From: Eledone cirrhosa
Taxonomy: Eukaryota
Reading direction: 5' to 3'
Assembly: GCA_964016885.1 (NCBI GenBank)
Contig: OZ024743.1
Coordinates: 175,336,001-175,400,000, forward strand
DNA: 64,000 nt
Made by a program: the position numbers and the translations under genes. How positions within the stretch are numbered: the first letter of the stretch is position 1; each line of letters begins with the position of its first letter. Shown here one piece after another: positions 26,301-44,300 of this stretch. The notes beneath the pieces are model-generated. The model saw nothing but the letters and a program-made list of their open reading frames with translations. It searched no databases and was not told the DNA's origin.

Positions 26301-29300
26301 CACTACCTCTGTCACTACCACTACTACCACCACTACCTCTGTCACTACCACTACTGACACCACTACCTCTGTCACTCCCAGTACTACCACCACTACCTCT
26401 GTCACCACCACTACTGACACCACTACCTCTGTCACTACCACTACTACCACCACTACCTCTCTGACTACCACTACTGACACCACTACCTCTGTCACTACCA
26501 CTACTGACACCACTACCTCTGTCACTACCACTACGGACACCACTACCTCTGTCACTACCACTACTGACACCACTACCTCTGGCACTACCACTACTGACAC
26601 CACTACCTCTGTCACTACTACTACTGACACCGCTACCTCTGTCACTACCACTACTGACACCACTACCTCTGTCACTACCACTACTGACACCACTACCTGT
26701 GTCACTACCACTACTGACACCACTACCTCTGTCACTACCACTACTGACACCACTACCTCTGGCACTACCACTACTGACACCCCTACCTCTGTAACTACCA
26801 CTACTGCCACCACTATCTCTGTCACTACCACTACTACCACCACTACCTCTGTCACTACCACTACAGACACCCCTACCTCTGTCACTACCACTACTGACAC
26901 CACTACCTCTGTCACTACCACTACTGACACCACTACCTCTGTCACTACCACTACTGACACCACTACCTCTGTCACTACCACTACTACCACCACTACCTCT
27001 GTCACTACCACTACTGACACCACTACCTCTGTCACTACCACTACTGCCACCACTACCTCTGTCACTACCACTACTGACACCACTACATCTGGCACTACCA
27101 CTACTGACACCACTACCTCTGTCACTACCACTACTGACACCACTACCTCTGTCACTACCACTACTGACACCACTACCTCTGTCACTACCACCACTGACAC
27201 CCCTACCTCTGTTACTACCAGTACTGACACCACTACCTCTGTCACTACCACTATTACCACCACTACCTCTGTCACTACCACTACTGACACCACTACCCCT
27301 GTCACTACCACTACTGACACCCCTACCTCTGTCACTACCACTACTGCCACCACTACCTCTGTCACTACCACTACTGACACCACTACCTCTGTCACTACCA
27401 CTACTACCACCACTACCTCTCTCACTACCACTACTACCACCACTACCTCTGGCACTACCACTACTGACACCCCTACCTCTGTCACTAACACTACTGACAC
27501 CCCTACCTCTGGCACTACCACTACTACCACCACTACCTCTGTCACTACCACTACTGACACCCCTACCTCTGGCACTACCACTACCGACACCACTACCTCT
27601 GTCACTACGACTACTGACACCACTACCTCTGTCACTACCACTACTACCACCACTACCTCTGTCACTACCACTATTGACACCCCTACCTCTGGCACTACCA
27701 CTACTGACACCACTACCTCTGTCACTACCACTACTGACACCACTACCTCTGTCACTACCACTACTACCACCACTACCTCTGTCACTACCACTACTGACAC
27801 CCCTACCTCTGGCACTACCACTACTACCACCACTACCTCTATTACTACCACTACTGACACCCCTACCTCTGGCACTACCATTACTGACACCACTACCTCT
27901 GTCACTACCACTACTGACACCCCTACCTCTGTCACTACCACTACTGACACCATTACCTATGTCACTACCACTACTGACACCCCTACCTCTGTCACTACCA
28001 CTACTGACACCATTACCTATGTCACTACCACTACTGACACCACTACCTCTGTCACTACCACTACTACCACCACTACCTCTGTCACTACCACTACTGACAC
28101 CACTACCTCTCTCACTACCACTACTACCACCACTACCTCTGTCACTACCACTACTGACACCACTACCTCTGTCACTACCACTACTACCACCACTACCTCT
28201 TTCACTACCACTACTGACACCACTACCTCTGTCACTACCACTACTGACACCACTACCTCTGTCACTACCACTACTGACACCCCTACCTCTGTCACTACCA
28301 CTACTACCACCACTATCTCTGTCACTACCACTACTACCACCACTACCTCTGTCACTACCACTACTGACACCACTACCTCTGGCACTACCACTACTGACAC
28401 CACTACCTCTGTCACTACCACTACGGACACAACTACCTCTGTCACTACCACTACTGACACCACTACCTCTGTCACTACCACTACTGACACCACTACCTCT
28501 GTCACTACCACTACTGACAGCCCTACCTCTGTCACTACCACTACTGCCACCACTACCTCTGTCACTACCACTACTGACACCACTACCTCTGTCACTACCA
28601 CTACTGACAACACTACCTCTGTCACTACCACTACTGACAACCCTACCTCTGTCACTACCACTACTACCACCACTACCTCTCTCACAACCACTACTGACAC
28701 CACTACCTCTGTCACTACCACTACTGCCACCACTACCTCTGTCACTACCACTACTGACACCACTACCTCTGTCACTACCACTACTGACACCACAACCTCT
28801 GTCACTACCACTACTGACACCCCTACCTCTGTCACTACCACTACTACCACCACTACCTCTGTCACTACCACTACTACCACCACTACCTCTGTCACTACCA
28901 CTACTGACACCACTACCTCTGTCACTACCACTACTACCACCACTACCTCTGTCACTACCACTACTGACACCACTACCTCTGGCACTACCACTACTGACAC
29001 CACTACCTCTGTCACTACCACTACTGACACAACTACCTCTGTCACTACCACTACTGACACCACTACCTCTGTCACTACCACTACTGACACCACTACCTCT
29101 GTCACTACCACTACTGCCACCACTACCACTGTCACTACCACTACTGACACCACTACCTCTGTCACTACCACTACTGACACCACTACCTCTGTCACTACCA
29201 CTACTGACAACCCTACCTCTGTCACTACCACTACTACCACCACTACCTCTCTCACAACCACTACTGACACCACTACCTCTGTCACTACCACTACTGCCAC

Positions 29301-32300
29301 CACTACCTCTGTCACTACCACTACTGACACCCCTACCTCTGTCACTACCACTACTACCACCACTACCTCTGTCACTACCACTACTACCACCACTACCTCT
29401 GTCACTACCACTACTGACACCACTACCACTCTCACTACCACTACTGACACCCCTACCTCTGTCACTACCACTACTACCACCACTACCTCTGTCACTACCA
29501 CTACTGACACCACTACCTCTGTCACTACCACTAATGACACCACTACCTCTGTCACTACCACTACTGACACCCCTACCTCTGTAACTACCACTACTACAAC
29601 CACTACCTCTGTCACTACCACTACTGACACCACTACCTCTGTCACTACCACTACTACCACCACTACCTCTGTCACTACCACTACTGACACCACTACCTCT
29701 GTCACTACCAATACTGACACCACTACCTCTGTCACTACCACTACTGACACCACTACCTCTGTCACTACCACTACTACCACCACTACCTCTGTCACTACCA
29801 CTACTGACACGACTACCTCTGTCACTACCACTACTACCACCACTAACTCTGTCACTACCACTACTGAGACCACTACCTCTGTCACTACCACTACTGACAC
29901 CACTACCTCTGTCACTACCACTACTATCACCACTACCTCTGTCACTACCACTACTGACACCACTACCTCTGTCACTACCACTACTGACACCACTACCTCT
30001 GTCACTACCACTACGACCACCACTACCTCTGTCACTACCACTACTGACACCACTACCTCTGTCACTACCACTACTGACACCACTACCTCTGTCACTACCA
30101 CTACTGACACCACAACCTCTGTCACTACCACTACTGACACCATTACCTCTGTCACTACCACTACTACCACCACTACCTCTGTCACTACCACTACTACCAC
30201 CACTACCTCTGTCACTACCACTACTGACACCCCTACCTCTGTCACTACCACTACTGACACCACTACCTCTGTCACTGCCACTACTGACACCATTACCTAT
30301 GTCACTAAAACTACTACCACCACTACCTCTGTCACTACTACTACTGACACCACTACCTCTGTCACTCCCAGTACTACCACAACTACCTCTGTCACTACCA
30401 CTATTGACACCACTACCTCTGTCACTCCCAGTACTACCACCACTACCTCTGTCACTACCACTACTGACACCACTACCTCTGTCACTACCACTACTACCAC
30501 CACTAGCTCTCTCACTACCACTACTGACACCACTACCTCTGTCACTACCACTACTGACACACCTACCTCTGTCACTACCACTACTGCCACCATATCTCTG
30601 TCACTACCACTACTGACACCACTACCTCTGTCACTACCATTACTGACACCACTACCTCTGTCACTACCACTACTGACAACCCTACCTCTGTCACTACCAC
30701 TACTAACACCACTACCTCTCTCACAACCACTACTGACACCACTACCTCTGTCACTACCACTACTGCCACCACTACCTCTGTCACTACCACTACTGACACC
30801 ACTACCTCTGTCACTACCACTACTGACACCCCTACCTCTGTTACTACCACTACTACCACCACTACCTCTGTCACTACCACTACTACCACCACTACCTCTG
30901 TCACTACCACTACTGACACCACTACCTCTGTCACTACCAATACTACCACTACTACCACCACTACCTCTGTCACTACCACTACTACCACCACTACCTCTGT
31001 CACTACCACTACTGACACCACTACCTCTGTCACTACCAGTACTGACACCACTACCACTCTCACTACCACTACTGACACCCCTACCTCTGTCACTACCACT
31101 ACTACCACCACTACCTCTGTCACTACCACTACAGACACCACTACCTCTGTCACTACCACTACTGACACCACTACCTCTGTCACTACCACTACTGACACCC
31201 CTACCTCTGTCACTACCACTACTACCACCACTACCTCTGTCACTACCACTACTGACACCACTACCTCTGTCACTACCAATACTGACACCACTACCTCTGT
31301 CACTACCACTACTGACACCACTACCTCTGTCACTACCACTACTACCACCCCTACCTCTGTCACTACCACTACTACCACCACTACCTCTGTCACTACCACT
31401 ACTGACACCACTACCTCTGTCACTACCAATACTGACACCACTACCTCTGTCACTACCACTACTGACACCACTACCTCTGTCACTACCACTACTACCACCA
31501 CTACCTCTGTCACTACCACTACTGACACGACTACCTCTGTCACTACCACTACTACCACCACTAACTCTGTCACTACCACTACTGAGACCACTACCTCTGT
31601 CACTACCACTACTGACACCACTACCTCTGTCACTACCACTACTATCACCACTACCTCTGTCACTACCACTACTGACACCACTACCTCTGTCACTACCACT
31701 ACTGACACCACTACCTCTGTCACTACCACTACTACCACCACTACCTCTGTCACTACCACTACTGACACCACTACCTCTGTCACTACCACTACTGACACCA
31801 CAACCTCTGTCACTACCACTACTGACACCATTACCTCTGTCACTACCACTACTACCACCACTACCTCTGTCACTACCACTACTACCACCACTACCTCTGT
31901 CACTACCACTACTACCACCACTACCTCTGTCACTACCACTACTACCACCACTACCTCTGTCACTACCACTACTGACAACCCTACCTCTGTCACTACCAAT
32001 ACTGACACCACTACCTCTGTCACTACCACTACTGACACCACTACCTCTGTCACTACCACTACTACCACCACTACCTCTGTCACTACCACTACTGACACGA
32101 CTACCTCTGTTACTACCACTACTACCACCACTAACTCTGTCACTACCACTACTGAGACCACTACCTCTGTCACTACCACTACTGACACCACTACCTCTGT
32201 CACTATCACTACTACCACCACTACCTCTATCACTACCACTACTGACACCACTACCTCTGTCACTACCACTACTATCACCACTACCTCTGTCACTACCACT

Positions 32301-35300
32301 ACTGACACCACTACCTCTGTCACTACCACTACTGACACCACTACCTCTGTCACTACCACTACTACCACCACTACCTCTGTCACTACCACTACTGACACCA
32401 CTACCTCTGTCCCTACCACTACTGACACCACTACCTCTGTCACTACCACTACTGACACCACTACCTCTGGCACTACCACTACTGACACCACTACCTCTGT
32501 CACTACCACTACTGACACCCCTACCTCTGTCACTACCACTACTACCACCACTACCTCTGTCACTACCACTACTGACACCATTACCTCTGTCACTACCACT
32601 ACTACCACCACTACCTCTGTCACTACCACTACTACCACCACTACCTCTGTCACTACCACTACTGACACCCCTACCTCTATCACTACCAATACTGACACCA
32701 CTACCTCTTACACTGCCACTACTGACACCATTACCTATGTCACTAAAACTACTACCACCACTACCTCTGTCACTACCACTACTGACACCACTATCTCTGT
32801 CACTCCCAGTACTACCACAACTACCTCTGTCACTACCACTATTGACACCACTACCTCTGTCACTACCACTACTACCACCACTACCTCTGTCACTACCACT
32901 ACTGACACCACTACCTCTGTCACTACCACTACTGACACCACTACATCTGTCACTACCACTACTGACACCCCTACCTCTGGCACTACCACTACTGACACCA
33001 CTACCTCTGTCACTACCACTACTGACACCCCTACCTCTGTTACTACCACTACTGACACCACTACCTCTGTCACTACCACTTCTATCACCACTACCTCTGT
33101 CACTACCACTACTGACACCACTACCTCTGTCACTACCACTACTGACACCACTACCTCTGTCACTGCCACTACTACCACCACTACCTCTGTCACTACCACT
33201 ACTGACACCACTACCTCTGTCACTACCACTACTGACACCCCTACCTCTAACACTACCACTACTACCACCACTACCTCTGTCACTACCACTACTGACACCA
33301 CTACCTCTGTCACTACCACTACTGACACCACTACCTCTGTCACTCCCAGTACTACCACCACTACCTCTGTCACTACCACTACTGACACCACTACCTCTGT
33401 CACTACCACTACTACCACCACTACCTCTCTCACTACCACTACTGACACCACTACCTCTGTCACTACCACTACTTACACCACTACCTCTGTCACTACCACT
33501 ACTGACACCCCTACCTCTGTCACTACCACTACTACCACCACTACCTCTGTCACTACCACTACTACCACCACTACCTCTGTCACTACCACTACTGACACCA
33601 CTACCTCTGGCACTACCACTACTGACACCACTACCTCTGTCACTACCACTACGGACACAACTACCTCTGTCACTACCACTACTGACACCACTACCTCTGT
33701 CACTACCACTACTGACACCACTACCTCTGTCACTACCACTACTGACACCCCTACCTCTGTCACTACCACTACTGCCACCACTACCTCTGTCACTACCACT
33801 ACTGACACCACTACCTCTGTCACTACCACTACTGACAACACTACCTCTGTCACTACCACTACTGACAACCCTACCTCTGTCACTACCACTACTACCACCA
33901 CTACCTCTCTCACAACCACTACTGACACCACTACCTCTGTCACTACCACTACTGCCACCACTACCTCTGTCACTACCACTACTGACACCACTACCTCTGT
34001 CACTACCACTACTGACACCCCTACCTCTGTCACTACCACTACTACCACCACTACCTCTGTCACTACCACTACTACCACCACTACCTCTGTCACTACCACT
34101 ACTGACACCACTACCTGTCACTACCACTACTACCACTACTACCACCACTACCTCTGTCACTACCACTACTGACACCACTACCTCTGGCACTACCACTACT
34201 GACACCACTACCTCTGTCACTACCACTACGGACACAACTACCTCTGTCACTACCACTACTGACACCACTACCTCTGTCACTACCACTACTGACACCACTA
34301 CCTCTGTCACTACCACTACTGACAACCCTACCTCTGTCACTACCACTACTACCACCACTACCTCTCTCACAACCACTACTGACACCACTACCACTGTCAC
34401 TACCACTACTGCCACCACTACCTCTGTCACTACCACTACTGACACCCCTACCTCTGTCACTACCACTACTACCACCACTACCTCTGTCACTACCACTACT
34501 ACCACCACTACCTCTGTCACTACCACTACTGACACCACTACCACTCTCACTACCACTACTGACACCCCTACCTCTGTCACTACCACTACTACCACCACTA
34601 CCTCTGTCACTACCACTACGACACCACTACCTCTGTCACTACCACTACTGACACCACTACCTCTGTCACTACCACTACTGACACCCCTACCTCTGTAACT
34701 ACCACTACTACAACCACTACCTCTGTCACTACCACTACTGACACCACTACCTCTGTCACTACCAACACTGACACCACTACCCCTGTCACTACCACTACTG
34801 ACACCACTACCTCTGTCACTACCACTACTGACACCACTACCTCTGACACTACCACTACTGACACCACTGCCTCTGTCACTACCACTACTACCACCACTAC
34901 CTCTGTCACTACCACTACTGACACCACTACCTCTGTCACTACCACTACTACCACCACTAACTCTGTCACTACCACTACTGAGACCACTACCTCTGTCACT
35001 ACCACTACTGACACCACTACCTCTGTCACTACCACTACTATCACCACTACCTCTGTCACTACCACTACTGACACCACTACCTCTGTCACTACCACTACTA
35101 CCACCACTACCTCTGTCACTACCACTACTGACACCACTACCTCTGTCCCTACCACTACTGACACCACTACCTCTGTCACTACCACTACTGACACCACTAC
35201 CTCTGGCACTACCACTACTGACACCACTACCTCTGTCACTACCACTACTGACACCCCTACCTCTGTCACTACCACTACTACCACCACTACCTCTGTCACT

Positions 35301-38300
35301 ACCACTACTGACACCATTACCTCTGTCACTACCACTACTACCACCACTACCTCTGTCACTACCACTACTACCACCACTACCTCTGTCACTACCACTACTG
35401 ACACCACTACCTCTGGCACTACCACTACTGACACCACTACCTCTGTCACTACCACTACGGACACAACTACCTCTTTCACTACCACTACTGACACCACTAC
35501 CTCTGTCACTACCACTACTGACACCACTACCTCTGTCACTACCACTACTGACACCCCTACCTCTGTCACTACCACTACTGCCACCACTACCTCTGTCACT
35601 ACCACTACTGACACCACTACCTCTGTCACTACCACTACTGACAACACTACCTCTGTAACTACCACTACTACAACCACTACCTCTGTCACTACCACTACTG
35701 ACACCACTACCTCTGTCACTACCACTACTGACACCACTACCTCTGTCACTACCACTACTACCACCACTACCTCTGTCACTACCACTACTGACACGACTAC
35801 CTCTGTCACTACCACTACTACCACCACTAACTCTGTCACTACCACTACTGAGACCACTACCTCTGTCACTACCACTACTGACACCACTACCTCTGTCACT
35901 ACCACTACTATCACCACTACCTCTGTCACTACCACTACTGACACCACTACCTCTGTCACTACCACTACTGACACCACTACCTCTGTCACTACCACTACTA
36001 CCACCACTACCTCTGTCACTACCACTACTGACACCACTACCTCTGTCACTACCACTACTGACACCACTACCTCTGTCACTACCACTACTGACACCACAAC
36101 CTCTGTCACTACCACTACTGACACCATTACCTCTGTCACTACCACTACTACCACCACTACCTCTGTCACTACCACTACTACCACCACTACCTCTGTCACT
36201 ACCACTACTGACACCCCTACCTCTGTCACTACCACTACTGACACCACTACCTCTGTCACTGCCACTACTGACACCATTACCTATGTCACTAAAACTACTA
36301 CCACCACTACCTCTGTCACTACTACTACTGACACCACTACCTCTGTCACTCCCAGTACTACCACCACTACCTCTGTCACTACCACTACTGACACCACTAC
36401 CTCTGTCACTACCACTACTACCACCACTAGCTCTCTCACTACCACTACTGACACCACTACCTCTGTCACTACCACTACTGACACCACTACCTCTGGCACT
36501 ACCACTACTGACACCACTACCTCTGTCACTACCACTACTGACACCCCTACCTCTGTCACTACCACTACTGACACCACTACCTCTGTCACTACCACTACTG
36601 ACACAACTACCTCTGTCACTACCACTACTGACACCACTACCTCTGTCACTACCACTACTGACACCACTACCTCTGGCACTACCACTACTGACACCACTAC
36701 CTCTGTCACTACCACTACTGACACCCCTACCTCTGTCACTACCACTACTGACACCCCTACCTCTGTCACTACCACTACTGACACAACTACCTCTGTCACT
36801 ACCACTACTGACACCACTACCTCTGTCACTACCACTACTGACACCACTACCTCTGTCACTACCACTACTGACACCCCTACCTCTGTCACTACCACTACTG
36901 CCACCATATCTCTGTCACTACCACTACTGACACCACTACCTCTGTCACTACCACTACTGACACCACTACCTCTGTCACTACCACTACTGACAACCCTACC
37001 TCTGTCACTACCACTACTAACACCACTACCTCTCTCACAACCACTACTGACACCACTACCTCTGTCACTACCACTACTGCCACCACTACCTCTGTCACTA
37101 CCACTACTGACACCACTACCTCTGTCACTACCACTACTGACACCCCTACCTCTGTTACTACCTCTACTACCACCACTACCTCTGTCACTACCACTACTAC
37201 CACCACTACCTCTGTCACTACCACTACTGACACCACTACCTCTGTCACTACCAATACTACCACTACTACCACCACTACCTCTGTCACTACCACTACTACC
37301 ACCACTACCTCTGTCACTACCACTACTGACACCACTACCTCTGTCCCTACCACTACTGACACCACTACCTCTGTCACTACCACTACTGACACCACTACCT
37401 CTGGCACTACCACTACTGACACCACTACCTCTGTCACTACCACTACTGACACCCCTACCTCTGTCACTACCACTACTACCACCACTACCTCTGTCACTAC
37501 CACTACTGACACCATTACCTCTGTCACTACCACTACTACCACCACTACCTCTGTCACTACCACTACTACCACCACTACCTCTGTCACTACCACTACTGAC
37601 ACCACTATCTCTGTCACTCCCAGTACTACCACAACTACCTCTGTCACTACCACTATTGACACCACTACCTCTGTCACTACCACTACTACCACCACTACCT
37701 CTGTCACTACCACTACTGACACCACTACCTCTGTCACTACCACTACTGACACCACTACATCTGTCACTACCACTACTGACACCCCTACCTCTGGCACTAC
37801 CACTACTGACACCACTACCTCTGTCACTACCACTACTGACACCCCTACCTCTGTTACTACCACTACTGACACCACTACCTCTGTCACTACCACTTCTACC
37901 ACCACTACCTCTGTCACTACCACTACTGACACCACTACCTCTGTCACTACCACTACTGACACCACTACCTCTGTCACTGCCACTACTGACACCCCTACCT
38001 CTGTCACTACCACTACTGACACCATTACCTATGTCACTACCACTACTGACACCACTACCTCTGTCACTACCACTACTGACACCACTACCTCTGGCACTAC
38101 CACTACTGACACCACTACCTCTGTCACTACCACTACTACCACCACTACCTCTGTCACTACCACTACTGACACCACTACCTCTGTCACTACCACTACTGAC
38201 ACCCCTACCTCTAACACTACCACTACTACCACCACTACCTCTGTCACTACCACTACTGACACCACTACCTCTGTCACTACCACTACTGACACCACTACCT

Positions 38301-41300
38301 CTGTCACTCCCAGTACTACCACCACTACCTCTGTCACTACCACTACTGACACCACTACCTCTGTCACTACCACTACTACCACCACTACCTCTCTCACTAC
38401 CACTACTGACACCACTACCTCTGTCACTACCACTACTTACACCACTACCTCTGTCACTACCACTACTGACACCCCTACCTCTGTCACTACCACTACTACC
38501 ACCACTACCTCTGTCACTACCACTACTACCACCACTACCTCTGTCACTACCACTACTGACACCACTACCTCTGGCACTACCACTACTGACACCACTACCT
38601 CTGTCACTACCACTACGGACACAACTACCTCTGTCACTACCACTACTGACACCACTACCTCTGTCACTACCACTACTGACACCACTACCTCTGTCACTAC
38701 CACTACTGACACCCCTACCTCTGTCACTACCACTACTGCCACCACTACCTCTGTCACTACCACTACTGACACCACTACCTCTGTCACTACCACTACTTAC
38801 ACCACTACCTCTGTCACTACCACTACTGACACCCCTACCTCTGTCACTACCACTACTACCACCACTACCTCTGTCACTACCACTACTACCACCACTACCT
38901 CTGTCACTACCACTACTGACACCACTACCTGTCACTACCACTACTACCACTACTACCACCACTACCTCTGTCACTACCACTACTGACACCACTACCTCTG
39001 GCACTACCACTACTGACACCCCTACCTCTGTCACTACCACTACTACCACCACTACCTCTGTCACTACCACTACTACCACCACTACCTCTGTCACTACCAC
39101 TACTGACACCACTACCACTCTCACTACCACTACTGACACCCCTACCTCTGTCACTACCACTACTACCACCACTACATCTGTCACTACCACTACTGACACC
39201 ACTACCTCTGTCACTACCACTACTGACACCACTACCTCTGTCACTACCACTACTGACACCCCTACCTCTGTAACTACCACTACTACAACCACTACCTCTG
39301 TCACTACCACTACTGACACCACTACCTCTGTCACTACCAATACTGACACCACTACCCCTGTCACTACCACTACTGACACCACTACCTCTGTCACTACCAC
39401 TACTACCACCACTACCTCTGTCACTACCACTACTGACACGACTACCTCTGTCACTACCACTACTACCACCACTAACTCTGTCACTACCACTACTGAGACC
39501 ACTACCTCTGTCACTACCACTACTGACACCACTACCTCTGTCACTACCACTACTATCACCACTACCTCTGTCACTACCACTACTGACACCACTACCTCTG
39601 TCACTACCACTACTGACACCACTACCTCTGTCACTACCACTACTACCACCACTACCTCTGTCACTACCACTACTGACACCACTACCTCTGTCACTACCAC
39701 TACTGACACCACTACCTCTGTCACTACCACTACTGACACCACAACCTCTGTCACTACCACTACTGACACCATTACCTCTGTCACTACCACTACCACCACC
39801 CCTACCTCTGTCACTACCACTACTACCACCACTACCTCTGTCACTACCACTACTGACACCCCTACCTCTGTCACTACCACTACTGACACCACTACCTCTG
39901 TCACTGCCACTACTGACACCATTACCTATGTCACTAAAACTACTACCACCACTACCTCTGTCACTACTACTACTGACACCACTACCTCTGTCACTCCCAG
40001 TACTACCACAACTACCTCTGTCACTACCACTATTGACACCACTACCTCTGTCACTCCCAGTACTACCACCACTACCTCTGTCACTACCACTACTGACACC
40101 ACTACCTCTGTCACTACCACTACTACCACCACTAGCTCTCTCACTACCACTACTGACACCACTACCTCTGTCACTACCACTACTGACACCACTACCTCTG
40201 GCACTACCACTACTGACACCACTACCTCTGTCACTACCACTACGGACACAACTACCTCTGTCACTACCACTACTGACACCACTACCTCTGTCACTACCAC
40301 TACTGACACCACTACCTCTGTCACTACCACTACTGACACCCCTACCTCTGTCACTACCACTACTGCCACCATATCTCTGTCACTACCACTACTGACACCA
40401 CTACCTCTGTCACTACCACTACTGACACCACTACCTCTCTCACTACCACTACTGACAACCCTACCTCTGTCACTACCACTACTAACACCACTACCTCTCT
40501 CACAACCACTACTGACACCACTACCTCTGTCACTACCACTACTGCCACCACTACCTCTGTCACTACCACTACTGACACCACTACCTCTGTCACTACCACT
40601 ACTGACACCCCTACCTCTGTTACTACCACTACTACCACCACTACCTCTGTCACTACCACTACTACCACCACTACCTCTGTCACTACCACTACTGACACCA
40701 CTACCTCTGTCACTACCAATACTACCACTACTACCACCACTACCTCTGTCACTACCACTACTACCACCACTACCTCTGTCACTACCACTACTGACACCAC
40801 TACCTCTGTCACTACCAGTACTGACACCACTACCACTCTCACTACCACTACTGACACCCCTACCTCTGTCACTACCACTACTACCACCACTACCTCTGTC
40901 ACTACCACTACAGACACCACTACCTCTGTCACTACCACTACTGAGACCACTACCTCTGTCACTACCACTACTGACACCACTACCTCTGTCACTACCACTA
41001 CTATCACCACTACCTCTGTCACTACCACTACTGACACCACTACCTCTGTCACTACCACTACTGACACCACTACCTCTGTCACTACCACTACTACCACCAC
41101 TACCTCTGTCACTACCACTACTGACACCACTACCTCTGTCACTACCACTACTGACACCACAACCTCTGTCACTACCACTACTGACACCATTACCTCTGTC
41201 ACTACCACTACTACCACCACTACCTCTGTCAGTACCACTACTACCACCACTACCTCTGTCACTACCACTACTGACAACCCTACCTCTGTCACTACCACTA

Positions 41301-44300
41301 CTGACACCACTACCTCTGTCACTGACACTACTGACACCATTACCTATGTCACTAAAACTACTACCACCACTACCTCTGTCACTACTACTACTGACACCAC
41401 TACCTCTGTCACTCCCAGTACTACCACAACTACCTCTGTCACTACCACTATTGACACCACTACCTCTGTCACTACCACTACTACCACCACTACCTCTGTC
41501 ACTACCACTACTGACACCACTACCTCTGTCACTACCACTACTGACACCACTACATCTGTCGCTACCACTACTGACACACCTACCTCTGGCACTACCACTA
41601 CTGACACCACTACCTCTGTCACTACCACTACTGACACCCCTACCTCTGTTACTACCACTACTGACACCACTACCTCTGTCACTACCACTACTACCACCAC
41701 TACCTCTGTCACTACCACTACTGACACCACTACCTCTGTCACTACCACTACTGACACCACTACCCCTGTCACTGCCACTACTACCACCACTACCTCTGTC
41801 ACTACCACTACTGAAGCCACTACCTCTGTCACTACCACTACTGACACCCCTACCTCTAACACTACCACTACTACCACCACTACCTCTGTCACTACCACTA
41901 CTGACACCACTACCTCTGTCACTACCACTACTGACACCACTACCTCTGTCACTCCCAGTACTACCACCACTACCTCTGTCACTACCACTACTGACACCAC
42001 TACCTCTGTCACTACCACTACTACCACCACTACCTCTCTCACTACCACTACTGACACCACTACCTCTGTCACTACCACTACTGACACCCCTACCTCTGTC
42101 ACTACCACTACTGCCACCACTACCTCTGTCACTACCACTACTGACACCACTACCTCTGTCACTACCACTACTGACACCACTACCTCTGTCACTACCACTA
42201 CTACCACCTCTACCTCTGTCACAACCACTACTGACACCACTACCTCTGTCACTACCACTACTGCCACCACTACCTCTGTCACTACCACTACTGACACCAC
42301 TACCTCTGTCACTACCACTAATGACACCCCTACCTCTGTCACTACCACTACTACCACCACTACATCTGTCACTACCACTACTACCACCACTACCTCTGTC
42401 ACTACCACTACTGACACCCCTACCTCTGGCACTACCACTACTACCACCACTACCTCTGTCACTACCACTACTGACACCCCTACCTCTGGCACTACCACTA
42501 CCGACACCACTACCTCTGTCACTACGACTACTGACACCACTACCTCTGTCAATACCACTACTACCACCACTACCTCTGTCACTACCACTACTGACACCCC
42601 TACCTCTGGCACTACCACTACTGACACCACTACCTCTGCCACTACCACTACTACCACCACTAACTCTGTCACTACCACTACTGACACCCCTACCTCTGGC
42701 ACTACCACTATTGACACCACTACCTCTGTCACTACGACTACTGACACCACTACCTCTGTCACTACCACTACTACCACCACTACCTCTGTCACTACCACTA
42801 CTGACACCACTACCTCTGTCACTACCACTACTGACACCACTACCTCTGTCACTACCACTACTGACACCCCTACCTCTGTCACTACAACTACTACCACCAC
42901 TACCTCTGCAACTACCACTACTGACACCACTACCTCTGTCACTACCACTATAACCACCTTTACCTCTGGCACTACCACTACTGACACCACTACCTCTGTC
43001 ACTACCACTCCTGACACCACTACCTCTGTCACTACCACTACTGACACCCCTACCTCTGTCACTACCACAACTGACACCACTACCTCTGTCACTACCACCA
43101 CTGACACCACTACTTCTGTCACTACCACTACTACCACCACTACCTCTGTCACTACCACTACTGACACCACTACCTCTGTCACTACCACTACTGACACCCC
43201 TACCTCTGTCACTACCACCACGACCTCTGTCACTACCACTACTCACACCACTACCTCTGTCACTACCACTACTACCACCACTACCTCTGTCACTACCTCT
43301 GTCACTACGACTACTGACACCACTACCTCTGTCACTACCACTACTACCACTACTACCACCACTACCTCTGTCACTACCACTACTACCACCATTACCTCTG
43401 TCACTACCACTACTGACACCACTACCTCTGTCACTACCAGTACTGACACCACAACCACTCTCACTACCACTACTGACACCCCTACCTCTGTCACTACCAC
43501 TACTACCACCACTACCTCTGTCAATACCACTACTGACACCACTACCTCTGTCACTACCATTACTGACACCACTACCTCTGTCACTACCACTACTGACACC
43601 CCTACCTCTGTCACTACCACTACTACCACCACTACCTCTGTCACTACCACTACTACCACTACTACCACCACTACCTCTGTCACAACCACTACTGACACCA
43701 CTACCTCTGTCACTACCAATACTGACACCACTACCTCTGTCACTACCACTACTGACACCACTACCTCTGTCACTACCACTACTGACACCACAACCTCTGT
43801 CACTACCACTACTGACACCATTACCTCTGTCACTACCACTACTACCACCACTACCTCTGTCACTACCACTACTACCACCACTACCTCTGTCACTACCACT
43901 ACTGACACCCCTACCTCTGTCACTACCACTACTGACACCCCTACCTCTGTCACTACCACTACTGACACCATTATATCTCTCACTACCACTACTGACACCA
44001 CTACCTCTGTCACTACCACTACTGACACCACTACCTCTGTCACTACCACTACTGACACCACTACCTCTGTCACTACCACTACTGACACCACTACCTCTGT
44101 CACTACCACTACTGACACCACTACCTCTGTCACTACCACTACTGACACCACTACTGACACCACTACCTCTGTCACTACCACTACTACCACCACTACCTCT
44201 GGCACTACCACTACTGACACCACTACCTCTGTCACTACCACTACTACCACCACTACCTCTGTCACTACCACTACTGACACCACTACCTCTGTCACTACCA

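Noticed and set aside
6513-27953. 7,146-aa minus-strand ORF with SSGSDRGSGV repeats as a sericin-like protein
   Set aside because: It switches between Val and Ser/Gly registers at the deletions, has no unique N-terminus, and the same register takes TGA stops at 49990 and 53160. Not formally excluded without strand-specific RNA data.
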